From assembly GCA_018434685.1 (NCBI GenBank), contig JAHDOV010000005.1:997-64996 (forward strand): a stretch of 64,000 nucleotides of DNA. Direction: 5' to 3'. Below are positions 9,057-17,683 of this stretch, piece after piece (the stretch's first letter is position 1; each line of letters opens with the position of its first letter). The DNA comes from Deltaproteobacteria bacterium. Its GTDB lineage: Bacteria > Desulfobacterota > Desulfomonilia > UBA1062. Made by a program: the position numbers and the translations under genes. Under the pieces are notes generated by a model. The model was not told the DNA's origin. It did no database searches and saw nothing but the letters and a program-made list of their open reading frames with translations.

Positions 9057-10298
9057 ATGATCGCAACGCGGTTAGAGCCTTTTAGGTTTTCTTCATTTGG
9101 CCTTGTCAGAAAACTCCTGATAATTTCTTGTGTGTTTATACCGTTTACCGAACTGCGTTTCGGAATGTTTGGTATTGGCGAGCTTTTTCTTGGCTTTGCC
9201 TTCTTGCTGCTTATATATACCACGCATTTTAGATTGAGGTTTTATCGAGGACAAAAGATTTTTTTGAACTTTTGGGCTTTGTTTATATGCACTTGTATCG
9301 TTGGATTTTTATATAATTATTTCATGCTGGGGCATACCAGCGGTACAATAAAAGGTGCTGTATTTGATCTGACCGCTTATCTTACTGTGTTACTATTCTT
9401 TCTCATTGTTGGTGAGCGTCGGATTTTTGGGTCGGGCGGCCCGGTATGGTTTTGTTTCCTTGTCTATTGTATCTGGTTTGGCATCTTCCTGTTTTTGTAT
9501 TGTGTCAGCTTTTACTCACCTTCGGTCTTCGGGCTGCGCCTTCTCAGTGATGGCATGAACTTTTCCCCTCTTGCCTCCAATATTCACCAGACTGCAATGT
9601 TGTTTTGCTCCTTGCCTTTTCTCGGCTTGTACCTTTTGACAGTTCACAAAAATATTTTGGGAAGGTTATGGGTTGCAGCGAGCATACCTATGTATGCTAT
9701 CATGGCGCTTGAAAGCGGGTCCACCAAGGCTTTGATAGCATTAGTTTTTGGGACGTGTGTTATCGTGATGTGGTTTTTTGGCTATCGTACCAAAGGTAAA
9801 AACAGGGCATATGTGAACCTTATTACGTGTCTGCTCTTTCTTTCCGCTTTGTTGCTGATCTTATGCACTTATGGAGAACAAATTGCTGCAAGTTCCATCG
9901 CATTCTTCAGAGCGGAAGATAGGGGCCAAGGGCGCGAAATTATGTATCTTTATTCAATTAATCATGCCCTCGATTCTTTTATTGTGGGATATGGACCCGG
10001 GTCACACGCTGTTTACTTTGAAGGGCGCTACTCCGATGCTCATAATACTGTTTTGACGGTTTTTCTGCAGGGAGGCGCAATTGGTGTTATACTGCTGGTG
10101 ACGTTCGTTGTCAGGTTCATAAAGGTTGTTTTTTCTTCAGCTGCGTTGATGGCCTTCTTTGCCGCAATAAGCATTTACGTTATTGGCGGTGACATCCTGC
10201 GCCGTGTGCCTATCTGGATTGTCATGTATTTTGCTCTGGTACTCGCAGACAGTTCTCAGTCAAGAAGTCGGTCCGACGTTTCCCCTAGACCGGTTTAG
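9057..10298 (+). CDS. Wzy / O-antigen-ligase-like polytopic membrane protein
   Basis: About 10-11 TM helices. It has a large loop with a Wzy_C-like pattern (RAEDRGQGREIMYLYSINHALDSFIVGYGPGSH...HNTVLTVFLQGGAIGVILL). Confidence 0.65.
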   Translation: MIATRLEPFRFSSFGLVRKLLIISCVFIPFTELRFGMFGIGELFLGFAFLLLIYTTHFRLRFYRGQKIFLNFWALFICTCIVGFLYNYFMLGHTSGTIKGAVFDLTAYLTVLLFFLIVGERRIFGSGGPVWFCFLVYCIWFGIFLFLYCVSFYSPSVFGLRLLSDGMNFSPLASNIHQTAMLFCSLPFLGLYLLTVHKNILGRLWVAASIPMYAIMALESGSTKALIALVFGTCVIVMWFFGYRTKGKNRAYVNLITCLLFLSALLLILCTYGEQIAASSIAFFRAEDRGQGREIMYLYSINHALDSFIVGYGPGSHAVYFEGRYSDAHNTVLTVFLQGGAIGVILLVTFVVRFIKVVFSSAALMAFFAAISIYVIGGDILRRVPIWIVMYFALVLADSSQSRSRSDVSPRPV

Positions 10299-10319
10299 CA
10301 ATAAGAGGGAGATCTTTTA

Positions 10320-11696
10320 ATGGGATTACTCGAACGCATATATGATAACTCACCAATTTTCATCCAAAATGTGATGGTAGGTGTATCTGGTTATCAGCGA
10401 AATTTAACCCGATATGGAAAGATCTATTATGAGTATCTTAACTTTTTGGCAGATTTTGATACGTGGCCATTGCAACGAAAGTTAGAATATCAACGAAACG
10501 AGCTCATTCGTTTTATTCAATACGCAGTAAAAAATAGTAAATTTTATAATGATCTTTACAAAAATATAGATATTACATCTATTCGGGATATTGATGACCT
10601 TCGAAGACTCCCCATCGTCGATAAGGAAATGGTCAGAAAAAATATATCAAATGTAATTACAATATCAAATAAAGGGGCTGTTGAAGGCCACACAGGTGGT
10701 ACAACGGGGAAATCATTAGTTGTTCTATACACTAAAGAAGACAACATGAAAGCGCATGCTTTACTTGATCACTTCAAAAGGCGGGTTGGATTTCAACATC
10801 GAAAAATGAAGCGTGCAACTTTTAACGGAAAACATATCATCCCGCCGCATCAAAGAGCGAAGGTTTTCTGGCGTTACAATGCAGCCTGCAGGCAAATGAT
10901 TTATTCTTCGTTTTATATAACAGAAGAAAATATGAGATATTATGTAGAAAGTCTAAATCGATATAAACCACAGGCTATTGACGGTTTTTTCACGTCAATA
11001 TGCGATATTGCAGGATATATTGAACGGCACAATATTTTATTGTCTTTTGTGCCAGTTGCAGTTTTTCCAACTTCTGAGACACTTACAAAACAGGGTCGTG
11101 AATTAATAGAGCGTGTATTTCATTGCAAAGTCTTCGATCAATATGCTTCAAGTGAAGGCGCGCCCTTCATCACCGAGTGTCGTTTTCAAAACAAACATGT
11201 CGAATTAAACTCAGGTGTATTTGAATACTTCGAAAAAGGCAATCATGAAGTACTTATAACCAGTTTTTTTACACATGGAACTCCCTTGATCAGATATAGG
11301 ATTGGGGACAGTATGAAGTTTACCGACAAGATGACGTTATGCAACTGTGGTTTACATGCGCCGATTATTCAAGAAATTGAAGGTCGAAAATTAGACTATT
11401 TATACACCTCCGATGGTGCAAAAATTAATTCTGGGAATGTTGCAAATCTATTTAAAAACATGCCTAACGCCGTGATCCATGCGCAGGCAATTCAAAACAA
11501 AATAAATGAAATAAAGATTAAGCTTGAAGTGGATACTAATTTATATAAAAGTGAATATGATGACTTCTTGAAAAATGAATTTATTCATAAATTCGGAACA
11601 AACACAAAAATCATAATTGAACATGTCGAGATGATTCCACGTGAGCCAAATGGGAAGTACAGGTTAATAATAAATAACTTGAAGAGTTTGCACTGA
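10320..11696 (+). CDS. CapK-like adenylate-forming enzyme (phenylacetate-CoA ligase / F390 synthetase family)
   Basis: RLPIVDKEMVRKN followed by the AMP-binding P-loop variant HTGGTTGKSLVV. The later blocks YASSEGA and RYRIGDS are typical of the PaaK/CapK family. Confidence 0.75.
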   Translation: MGLLERIYDNSPIFIQNVMVGVSGYQRNLTRYGKIYYEYLNFLADFDTWPLQRKLEYQRNELIRFIQYAVKNSKFYNDLYKNIDITSIRDIDDLRRLPIVDKEMVRKNISNVITISNKGAVEGHTGGTTGKSLVVLYTKEDNMKAHALLDHFKRRVGFQHRKMKRATFNGKHIIPPHQRAKVFWRYNAACRQMIYSSFYITEENMRYYVESLNRYKPQAIDGFFTSICDIAGYIERHNILLSFVPVAVFPTSETLTKQGRELIERVFHCKVFDQYASSEGAPFITECRFQNKHVELNSGVFEYFEKGNHEVLITSFFTHGTPLIRYRIGDSMKFTDKMTLCNCGLHAPIIQEIEGRKLDYLYTSDGAKINSGNVANLFKNMPNAVIHAQAIQNKINEIKIKLEVDTNLYKSEYDDFLKNEFIHKFGTNTKIIIEHVEMIPREPNGKYRLIINNLKSLH

Positions 11697-11974
11697 TAGA
11701 GGCTCAAATTCCATTGCCACATCCGAGGATTATGGTCAATCTGTTCTGAGTATGTGAGAATAAACTGCGGGGAGCCGTGAGTCGGAAATCTGCAAGCATG
11801 GTTCTGAAAGGAGTGGGGGACAACTGTGGTGTGGTCAAAATCATATGGTGCCGTCGGGAAACAGAGAACACAAACCTTGACCTCTAGCTATTGGAGCAAT
11901 CCATCAACTCGCTCCATATCTCACAAAAGGCTCTTTATTTACCCAAAGGAAGTGTTTAAGCATTTAAATCAATC

Positions 11975-13027
11975 ATGAATATACCTGAAGCCTATAGCAT
12001 AGTAAATATTACATCTGAGACAGTCAGTTTATTTAAAGATTGTTTTGATCGAAACGGCGGGCTCAAGCAGGAAGATAAAATCAAATGGCAATTTCTGCAA
12101 AATCCGGTGGATAAACAATTTGTCGATATAGCAATAGATCGTGCCAATCAAGTGGTGGCCGCCATATATGCCATTATTCCTGTACAGTTCAAAGCAGGAG
12201 ATCAATATTTTGAGGGTTCCCAATCCTTGAATACCATCACCGATGTGAATTATCGAGGGAAAGGATTATTTGTCAATTTAGCCAAGGACGTATATCAGAA
12301 AGCTGTGAATGACGGCATTCAGTTAGTATACGGTTTTCCTAACGGAAGTTCCATTCACGGGTTTGCCAAAAAGTTAGCCTGGAAAGTTTTAGATCCCGTA
12401 CCATTTTTGATCCGTCCGTTAAATAGTCATTATTTTACCCAAAAGATTAGTTTATTGAAATGGTTACCGAATGTGAAGTTAAAATGGGGTGGCTATAGGG
12501 ATAGCAAAGAATATATCATTAAATCGATTTTGGAGTTACCGCAAGAAACAGATGTGATTTGGAAGGCATTTGCAAAGACTTTTCAAGTTGGTGTAGTACG
12601 CGACAGGCGTTATTTGAACTGGCGTTACCTGCAAAAACCTGGAGAACAATACAAATATGCAGCTTGTTATAGCCAACAGCAAGAGTGCTTAGGATTTGTG
12701 ATTTATACTGTTGAAAGAAAGCATGGCGGTAAAATTGGGTATGTCATGGAATTAATGTACGTCCCGGCATATCAAGATGTGGGTAAACAGTTGTTGAAAT
12801 ATGCTACGCATCAAATGAACAAGGCCGGAGCAGACTGTATTTTAGCTTGGTGTTTGGAACATTCAGCAAACTACTCGGCTTATACGGCAAATGGCTATAT
12901 GACTTTGCCAGAAAGAATTAGGCCGATTGAATTACATTTTGGATGCAGAAGTTTTAGTGGTGATGACAAATTAATGGAAGATCGCTCAAATTGGTACTTA
13001 AGTTATTCGGACTCGGATACGGTTTAA
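11975..13027 (+). CDS. Large (350 aa) GNAT-fold acyltransferase, possibly FemAB-like two-lobed type
   Basis: Acyl-CoA-binding-type motif SLNTITDVNYRGKGLFVNLAKDV. The size is about twice a minimal GNAT. The stop lies 1 nt before the downstream deacetylase start. Confidence 0.55.
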   Translation: MNIPEAYSIVNITSETVSLFKDCFDRNGGLKQEDKIKWQFLQNPVDKQFVDIAIDRANQVVAAIYAIIPVQFKAGDQYFEGSQSLNTITDVNYRGKGLFVNLAKDVYQKAVNDGIQLVYGFPNGSSIHGFAKKLAWKVLDPVPFLIRPLNSHYFTQKISLLKWLPNVKLKWGGYRDSKEYIIKSILELPQETDVIWKAFAKTFQVGVVRDRRYLNWRYLQKPGEQYKYAACYSQQQECLGFVIYTVERKHGGKIGYVMELMYVPAYQDVGKQLLKYATHQMNKAGADCILAWCLEHSANYSAYTANGYMTLPERIRPIELHFGCRSFSGDDKLMEDRSNWYLSYSDSDTV

Positions 13028-13028
13028 C

Positions 13029-14012
13029 ATGGCGGGCAGTTTTATCTTTTCACTGGATTTTGAACTGCATTGGGGAGCTGTAGAAAAAGGGGATTTGTCT
13101 AAAACAGAGGCGTATTTCACCAATACTCGGGCGAGTATCCCCCGCGTGCTGGAGCTATTCCAAGAAAAGGGAATTCGAGCCACTTGGGCCACTGTAGGGA
13201 TGCTTTTTGCATCGAACCGCAAACAGTTGGAAGCTTATTTACCGAAAGTTCGTCCGTGTTATGAATGCGCTGCTGAACTTAACTATTATTCACTTTTTGA
13301 TGACGATAAAATCGGGCCAGATGAGGTTTCGGATCCTTTTCATTTCGCGGCTTCCTTGGTAAAAAAGATATTAGACACGCCCGGGCAAGATTTGGGGACC
13401 CATACCTTCACCCATTATTATTGTAATGAACCAGGACAAACCATTGAACAATTCGAGGCGGATCTTGAGGCGGCTCAGAACATAGCCAAAAATCTATATG
13501 ATTGTTCATTACATTCCTTGGTATTTCCGAGGAATCAGTTCAATGCAGCGTATGCAGAGGCAGCGCACAGGGCAGGGATTAAAGTAGTCCGTACCAATCC
13601 GGCAGTCTGGTTTTGGCAACGGCCCGTTCCTATGGGTTCGCTATTCCGGGCTATGGACACCTTGTTCCCGATAAGTTCCAAGTTAACCTTCAAAAAACTT
13701 GAATTGACCAACGATGGTGTACTTTTGTTGCCAGCCAGTCGTTTTTATCGGCCGTACAAGCCTAAAGAGAAAGTGATACGTTCGCTACGCCTAAAACGAA
13801 TCAAATCAGAAATGTTATATGCAGCTAAGAATAATCAATACTATCATCTTTGGCGTCATCCACACAACTTTGGTTATGCAGTAGAAGAAAATATGGCGGA
13901 ACTTACAGAAATACTAGACTATTTTGAGGAGCTAAAAGCGCGGTACGAATTTCAATCTCATCACATGCTGGATATGTGGGAAAAAGCTCAAGAACAAACT
14001 AAATCAAATTAG
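13029..14012 (+). CDS. Polysaccharide deacetylase family protein (CE4/NodB-like)
   Basis: FSLDFELHWG (metal/acid motif), GIRATWATVGMLF, and GTHTFTHY (H-x3-H), in the order expected for NodB-type deacetylases. Confidence 0.65.
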   Translation: MAGSFIFSLDFELHWGAVEKGDLSKTEAYFTNTRASIPRVLELFQEKGIRATWATVGMLFASNRKQLEAYLPKVRPCYECAAELNYYSLFDDDKIGPDEVSDPFHFAASLVKKILDTPGQDLGTHTFTHYYCNEPGQTIEQFEADLEAAQNIAKNLYDCSLHSLVFPRNQFNAAYAEAAHRAGIKVVRTNPAVWFWQRPVPMGSLFRAMDTLFPISSKLTFKKLELTNDGVLLLPASRFYRPYKPKEKVIRSLRLKRIKSEMLYAAKNNQYYHLWRHPHNFGYAVEENMAELTEILDYFEELKARYEFQSHHMLDMWEKAQEQTKSN

Positions 14013-14232
14013 AGAGTTCAGTTAAGGAAAGAATATTCAGACTGTTGTCACAAATAATTATCTAACCCTATATGCAAAAAAAACATAAGAATAACCAGGG
14101 TACTAGTTTCCTTTCGTAGTTTGTTGGAGGGATAAAGTCATGACCAGATCTGTTGATGGCGCCGAAATGAATTGCCCCATCCACAGGCCGGGGTATACAA
14201 GTTTACCTTCCATGAATTAACGAGGTGTAAGA

Positions 14233-15381
14233 TTGAGTCGTGTTGTGTTGATAGGCGCATTACCGCAGTCTTTAATAAATTTCCGGGGTGATCTTTTGAA
14301 AGCGTTGGTGGCGGCGGGCCATGAGGTTACAGCCATGGCTGATCGATCAGGAGATGCTGTCGGCGAGCAACTTGCCCTCTTGGGGGTAAGCTTCCGGACT
14401 TATCCCGTACAGCGTAACGGCTTGAATCCGATCAAAGATATGCACACCTTTTTTGCACTTTCCAAGGCACTAGGTGAATTGAAGCCAGACGTAGTTTTGG
14501 CGTATACGATCAAACCCGTTATTTGGGGAGGCATTGCCTTAAAAAGAATGCCTAATCCTCGATTCTATGCCCTTATTACCGGGTTGGGATTTTCCTTTCA
14601 GGGAAATCGTAGTGTTCTCCGCAGAACGTTGACCTCACTGGTCACGTGGCTTTATCGCGTTTCACTTTTCAGGGCTTCCCGGGTCATTTTCCAGAACTCG
14701 GATAATCGAGATTTTTTTATTGCACGGAATATAATTGGTAAAGATAAATGCTCCCTTGTGAATGGGTCAGGTGTTGACTTAGATCGGTTTTCTATTACAC
14801 CTTTACCGCGGGAAAATGACAGAATTGTGTTCCTTACAATAGGTAGGATGCTCGGTGAAAAAGGTTTTCGCGAATATGCAGAGGCGGCGCGACTGGTAAA
14901 AGAGCGTTATCCTGAAACAATCTTTAGGATGGTTGGTCCTGAAGATCCTTCACCGGATGGTATCGTATTAGCTGAAATTAAAGATTGGGAGGCCAAGGGA
15001 TGGGTTGAATATCTTGGCGAAACTAAAGATGTTAGACCTTTTATCTCAGATAGTCATATATTTGTATTGCCTTCTTATCATGAGGGTATGCCACGTACTG
15101 TCCTGGAAGCAATGGCGATGGGGCGTCCTATTTTGACAACTGATGTTCCAGGTTGCCGTGAGACGGTGGTGCCGGGTAAAAATGGGTATTTGATTCCTAA
15201 GGGCAATGCTGTAGCATTGGCCGAGCGAATGCAATGGTTCATTGAACATCAGCAAGCATGGGTAAAAATGGGTGCACATAGTCGCAAGATAGCAGAGAGA
15301 CGCTTCGATGTTCATAATGTGAATCGCGACTTGTTGAAAGTTATGGGTTTATTGCAACAAAGTCATTCAAACACTGCTTAA
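14233..15381 (+). CDS. Glycosyltransferase family 4 (GT-B), PglA/WbuB-like
   Basis: E-x7-E region (PSYHEGMPRTVLEAMAMGRPILTTDVPGCRETV). TTG start. It sits directly upstream of a PglC-like gene. Confidence 0.8.
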   Translation: MSRVVLIGALPQSLINFRGDLLKALVAAGHEVTAMADRSGDAVGEQLALLGVSFRTYPVQRNGLNPIKDMHTFFALSKALGELKPDVVLAYTIKPVIWGGIALKRMPNPRFYALITGLGFSFQGNRSVLRRTLTSLVTWLYRVSLFRASRVIFQNSDNRDFFIARNIIGKDKCSLVNGSGVDLDRFSITPLPRENDRIVFLTIGRMLGEKGFREYAEAARLVKERYPETIFRMVGPEDPSPDGIVLAEIKDWEAKGWVEYLGETKDVRPFISDSHIFVLPSYHEGMPRTVLEAMAMGRPILTTDVPGCRETVVPGKNGYLIPKGNAVALAERMQWFIEHQQAWVKMGAHSRKIAERRFDVHNVNRDLLKVMGLLQQSHSNTA

Positions 15382-15387
15382 GTCATT

Positions 15388-15981
15388 ATGATAATAAATA
15401 AAAGAGTGTTAGATTTATTTTTGGCGGTACCGGCATTGATCGTCCTCATGCCGCTGTTACTGATTCTTGCAATCCTGGTCAGGTTTCTTTTGGGGTCCCC
15501 AGTATTTTTCAAACAGAAGCGGCCTGGATTGCACGGCCAACCTTTTTTATTACTGAAATTTAGAACTATGACAGATTCACGAGATGCCGGTGGTGACCTC
15601 CTGCCCGATTCAGAACGGTTGACATCATTTGGGCGCTTTCTTCGTGCTACCAGTCTGGATGAACTGCCAGAATTGTTCAATGTACTAAAAAGTGATATGA
15701 GCCTTGTTGGCCCAAGGCCTCTTCTCATGCAGTATCTTGAGCGATATAGCCCTGAGCAATCGAGGAGGCATGAAGTAAGACCCGGTATTACTGGCTGGGC
15801 CCAGGTGAATGGTCGAAATGCACTAACATGGGAAGAGAAATTTGAATTGGATGTCTGGTATGTTGATAACTGGAGTCTCTGGCTGGATATCAAGATCCTC
15901 TTTATCACGGTGTGGAAGATTCTCAAGAGAGAGGGAATAAATCACCCAGGCCATGTCACTATGGAGGAATTTAAAGGATAA
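15388..15981 (+). CDS. Small monotopic phosphoglycosyltransferase (PglC/WecP-like bacterial sugar transferase)
   Basis: 197 aa with a single N-terminal re-entrant helix. Motifs: FFKQKRPG, KFRTM, LDELPELFNVLKSDMSLVGPRP, PGITGWAQVNGRN. Confidence 0.85.
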   Translation: MIINKRVLDLFLAVPALIVLMPLLLILAILVRFLLGSPVFFKQKRPGLHGQPFLLLKFRTMTDSRDAGGDLLPDSERLTSFGRFLRATSLDELPELFNVLKSDMSLVGPRPLLMQYLERYSPEQSRRHEVRPGITGWAQVNGRNALTWEEKFELDVWYVDNWSLWLDIKILFITVWKILKREGINHPGHVTMEEFKG

Positions 15982-15985
15982 TGGA

Positions 15986-16390
15986 ATGAATGACAGATTT
16001 GATGAATGGAGATATCCTGATATCGAGGATGGTAAACTTACAAAATATTGCTGGATGGTCCAGCATGTGGATAACTTCAAGCTCGGTTATAGAACAGATA
16101 TTGGGGCTTTTACCTATATTAATGCAAAGTATTCAGTTATCATCGAAGACCATGTTCAAATTGGTTCCCATTGCTCGCTTTATTCTGTATCAACAATTGA
16201 TAATAAAACAGGGCCGATAGTATTGAAAAAGAACTGTAGGATAGGGAGTCATACTACGATCATGCCTGGAGTAACTGTTGGGGAGAATTCAATTATTGGT
16301 GCTCACAGCCTTGTCACACATACTATACCCGATAATGTCATTGCTTTTGGTGTACCGGCAAGAATCAAAAAAATGGATAGTTGCAGATGA
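15986..16390 (+). CDS. Hexapeptide-repeat (LbH) acetyltransferase, PglD-position
   Basis: Hexapeptide repeats (IGSHCSLYSV, IGSHTTIMPGVTVGENSIIGAHSLV). I prefer the ATG at 15986, which lies just after the upstream stop. The track ORF begins at 15953. Confidence 0.7.
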   Translation: MNDRFDEWRYPDIEDGKLTKYCWMVQHVDNFKLGYRTDIGAFTYINAKYSVIIEDHVQIGSHCSLYSVSTIDNKTGPIVLKKNCRIGSHTTIMPGVTVGENSIIGAHSLVTHTIPDNVIAFGVPARIKKMDSCR

Positions 16391-17571
16391 ATCAATCTAT
16401 ATTCTCTCCCTGGCCATCTTTTCAACAAGATGAAATCAGAGCTGTTTTAGATGTTCTGAGATCCGGCAAGGTCAATCAATGGACCGGTTCAGAAGTTCGC
16501 ACCTTCGAAGATGAATTTGCCCAATATCTTGGGGTGAATCATGCCATTGCTCTTGCCAATGGGAGTCTTGCCCTGGATCTTGCTCTTATAATTTTTGAAA
16601 TCGGCCCGGGTGATGAGGTAATTGTCACACCACGAACGTTTGTGGCTTCAGCAAGTTGCATAACTCTTCGTGGTGCTGTTCCTGTTTTTGCGGATATCGA
16701 TCCGGTTTCACAGAACATATCCGTTGAATCGATAAAGAAGTGTATATCTTCCCGAACAAAGGCTGTCATTGCTGTACATCTAGCAGGTTGGCCCTGTGAG
16801 CTAGATAAACTAAGGGAACTCTGTGATGAGAAAGGGTTGTTTCTCATAGAGGATTGTGCACAGGCTCATGGTGCGCGATATAATGGAAGACCAGTGGGCA
16901 GCTTTGGAGATTTTGCTGCATTCTCATTTTGCCAGGACAAGATTATGACCACCGGCGGGGAAGGGGGCATGCTGGTTACAAGCAATGAAGAATTGTGGAG
17001 AAGAGCCTGGAGCTACAAGGATCATGGCAAAGACTATGACGCTGTTTTTCATGATGAACATCCCCCCGGTTTCAGGTGGCTGGTCAAATCTTTTGGAACC
17101 AATTACCGTATGACTGAGATGCAGGCGGCAATTGGGCGGATACAACTCCGGAAACTTGATGCATGGGTTGAAAAAAGAAGGCATCTGGCTTCCATTCTTA
17201 CGGAAGGATTCAAGCAGTTCGAGGCGTTGAGAGTTACCTGTCCTCCTGAGCATGTATACCATTCCTATTACAAATATTATGTATTCGTGAAACCGGAAAG
17301 ATTGGGCAAAGACTGGTCGAGAGATAAGATTTTAATGTCAGTGGGAGAAAGGGGAATCCCCTGCGGCACTGGAATATGCCCTGAAGTATATATGGAAAAA
17401 GCTTTTGATAACTATGAATGGAGAACGTGCGACGGCGATAAGAAACGACTGGAAGTTTCAAAACAATTGGGCGAAAACTCCATGATGTTTCTGGTTCATC
17501 CCACGCTCGAGGAATCAGATATGCATTATATTGTGGAACAAATGGCCTGTATAATGAAAAAGGTCACATGA
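16387..17571 (+). CDS. DegT/DnrJ/EryC1/StrS-family PLP sugar aminotransferase (PglE-like)
   Basis: ALANGSLALDLAL, the FSFCQDKIMTTGGEGGML region containing the PLP-lysine (K), and YRMTEMQAAIG. The ATG at 16387 overlaps the upstream TGA (ATGA). Confidence 0.85.
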   Translation: MNQSIFSPWPSFQQDEIRAVLDVLRSGKVNQWTGSEVRTFEDEFAQYLGVNHAIALANGSLALDLALIIFEIGPGDEVIVTPRTFVASASCITLRGAVPVFADIDPVSQNISVESIKKCISSRTKAVIAVHLAGWPCELDKLRELCDEKGLFLIEDCAQAHGARYNGRPVGSFGDFAAFSFCQDKIMTTGGEGGMLVTSNEELWRRAWSYKDHGKDYDAVFHDEHPPGFRWLVKSFGTNYRMTEMQAAIGRIQLRKLDAWVEKRRHLASILTEGFKQFEALRVTCPPEHVYHSYYKYYVFVKPERLGKDWSRDKILMSVGERGIPCGTGICPEVYMEKAFDNYEWRTCDGDKKRLEVSKQLGENSMMFLVHPTLEESDMHYIVEQMACIMKKVT

Positions 17572-17683
17572 TATTGCCATTCTTGACTTGAACATTATAA
17601 TAGTTCGGGTATACCTGTGTAATAGTCTCAAGAAGAGATTGATATGTCTATTAGATCATGAATCGGAGGTAGGCTAAAAAATA

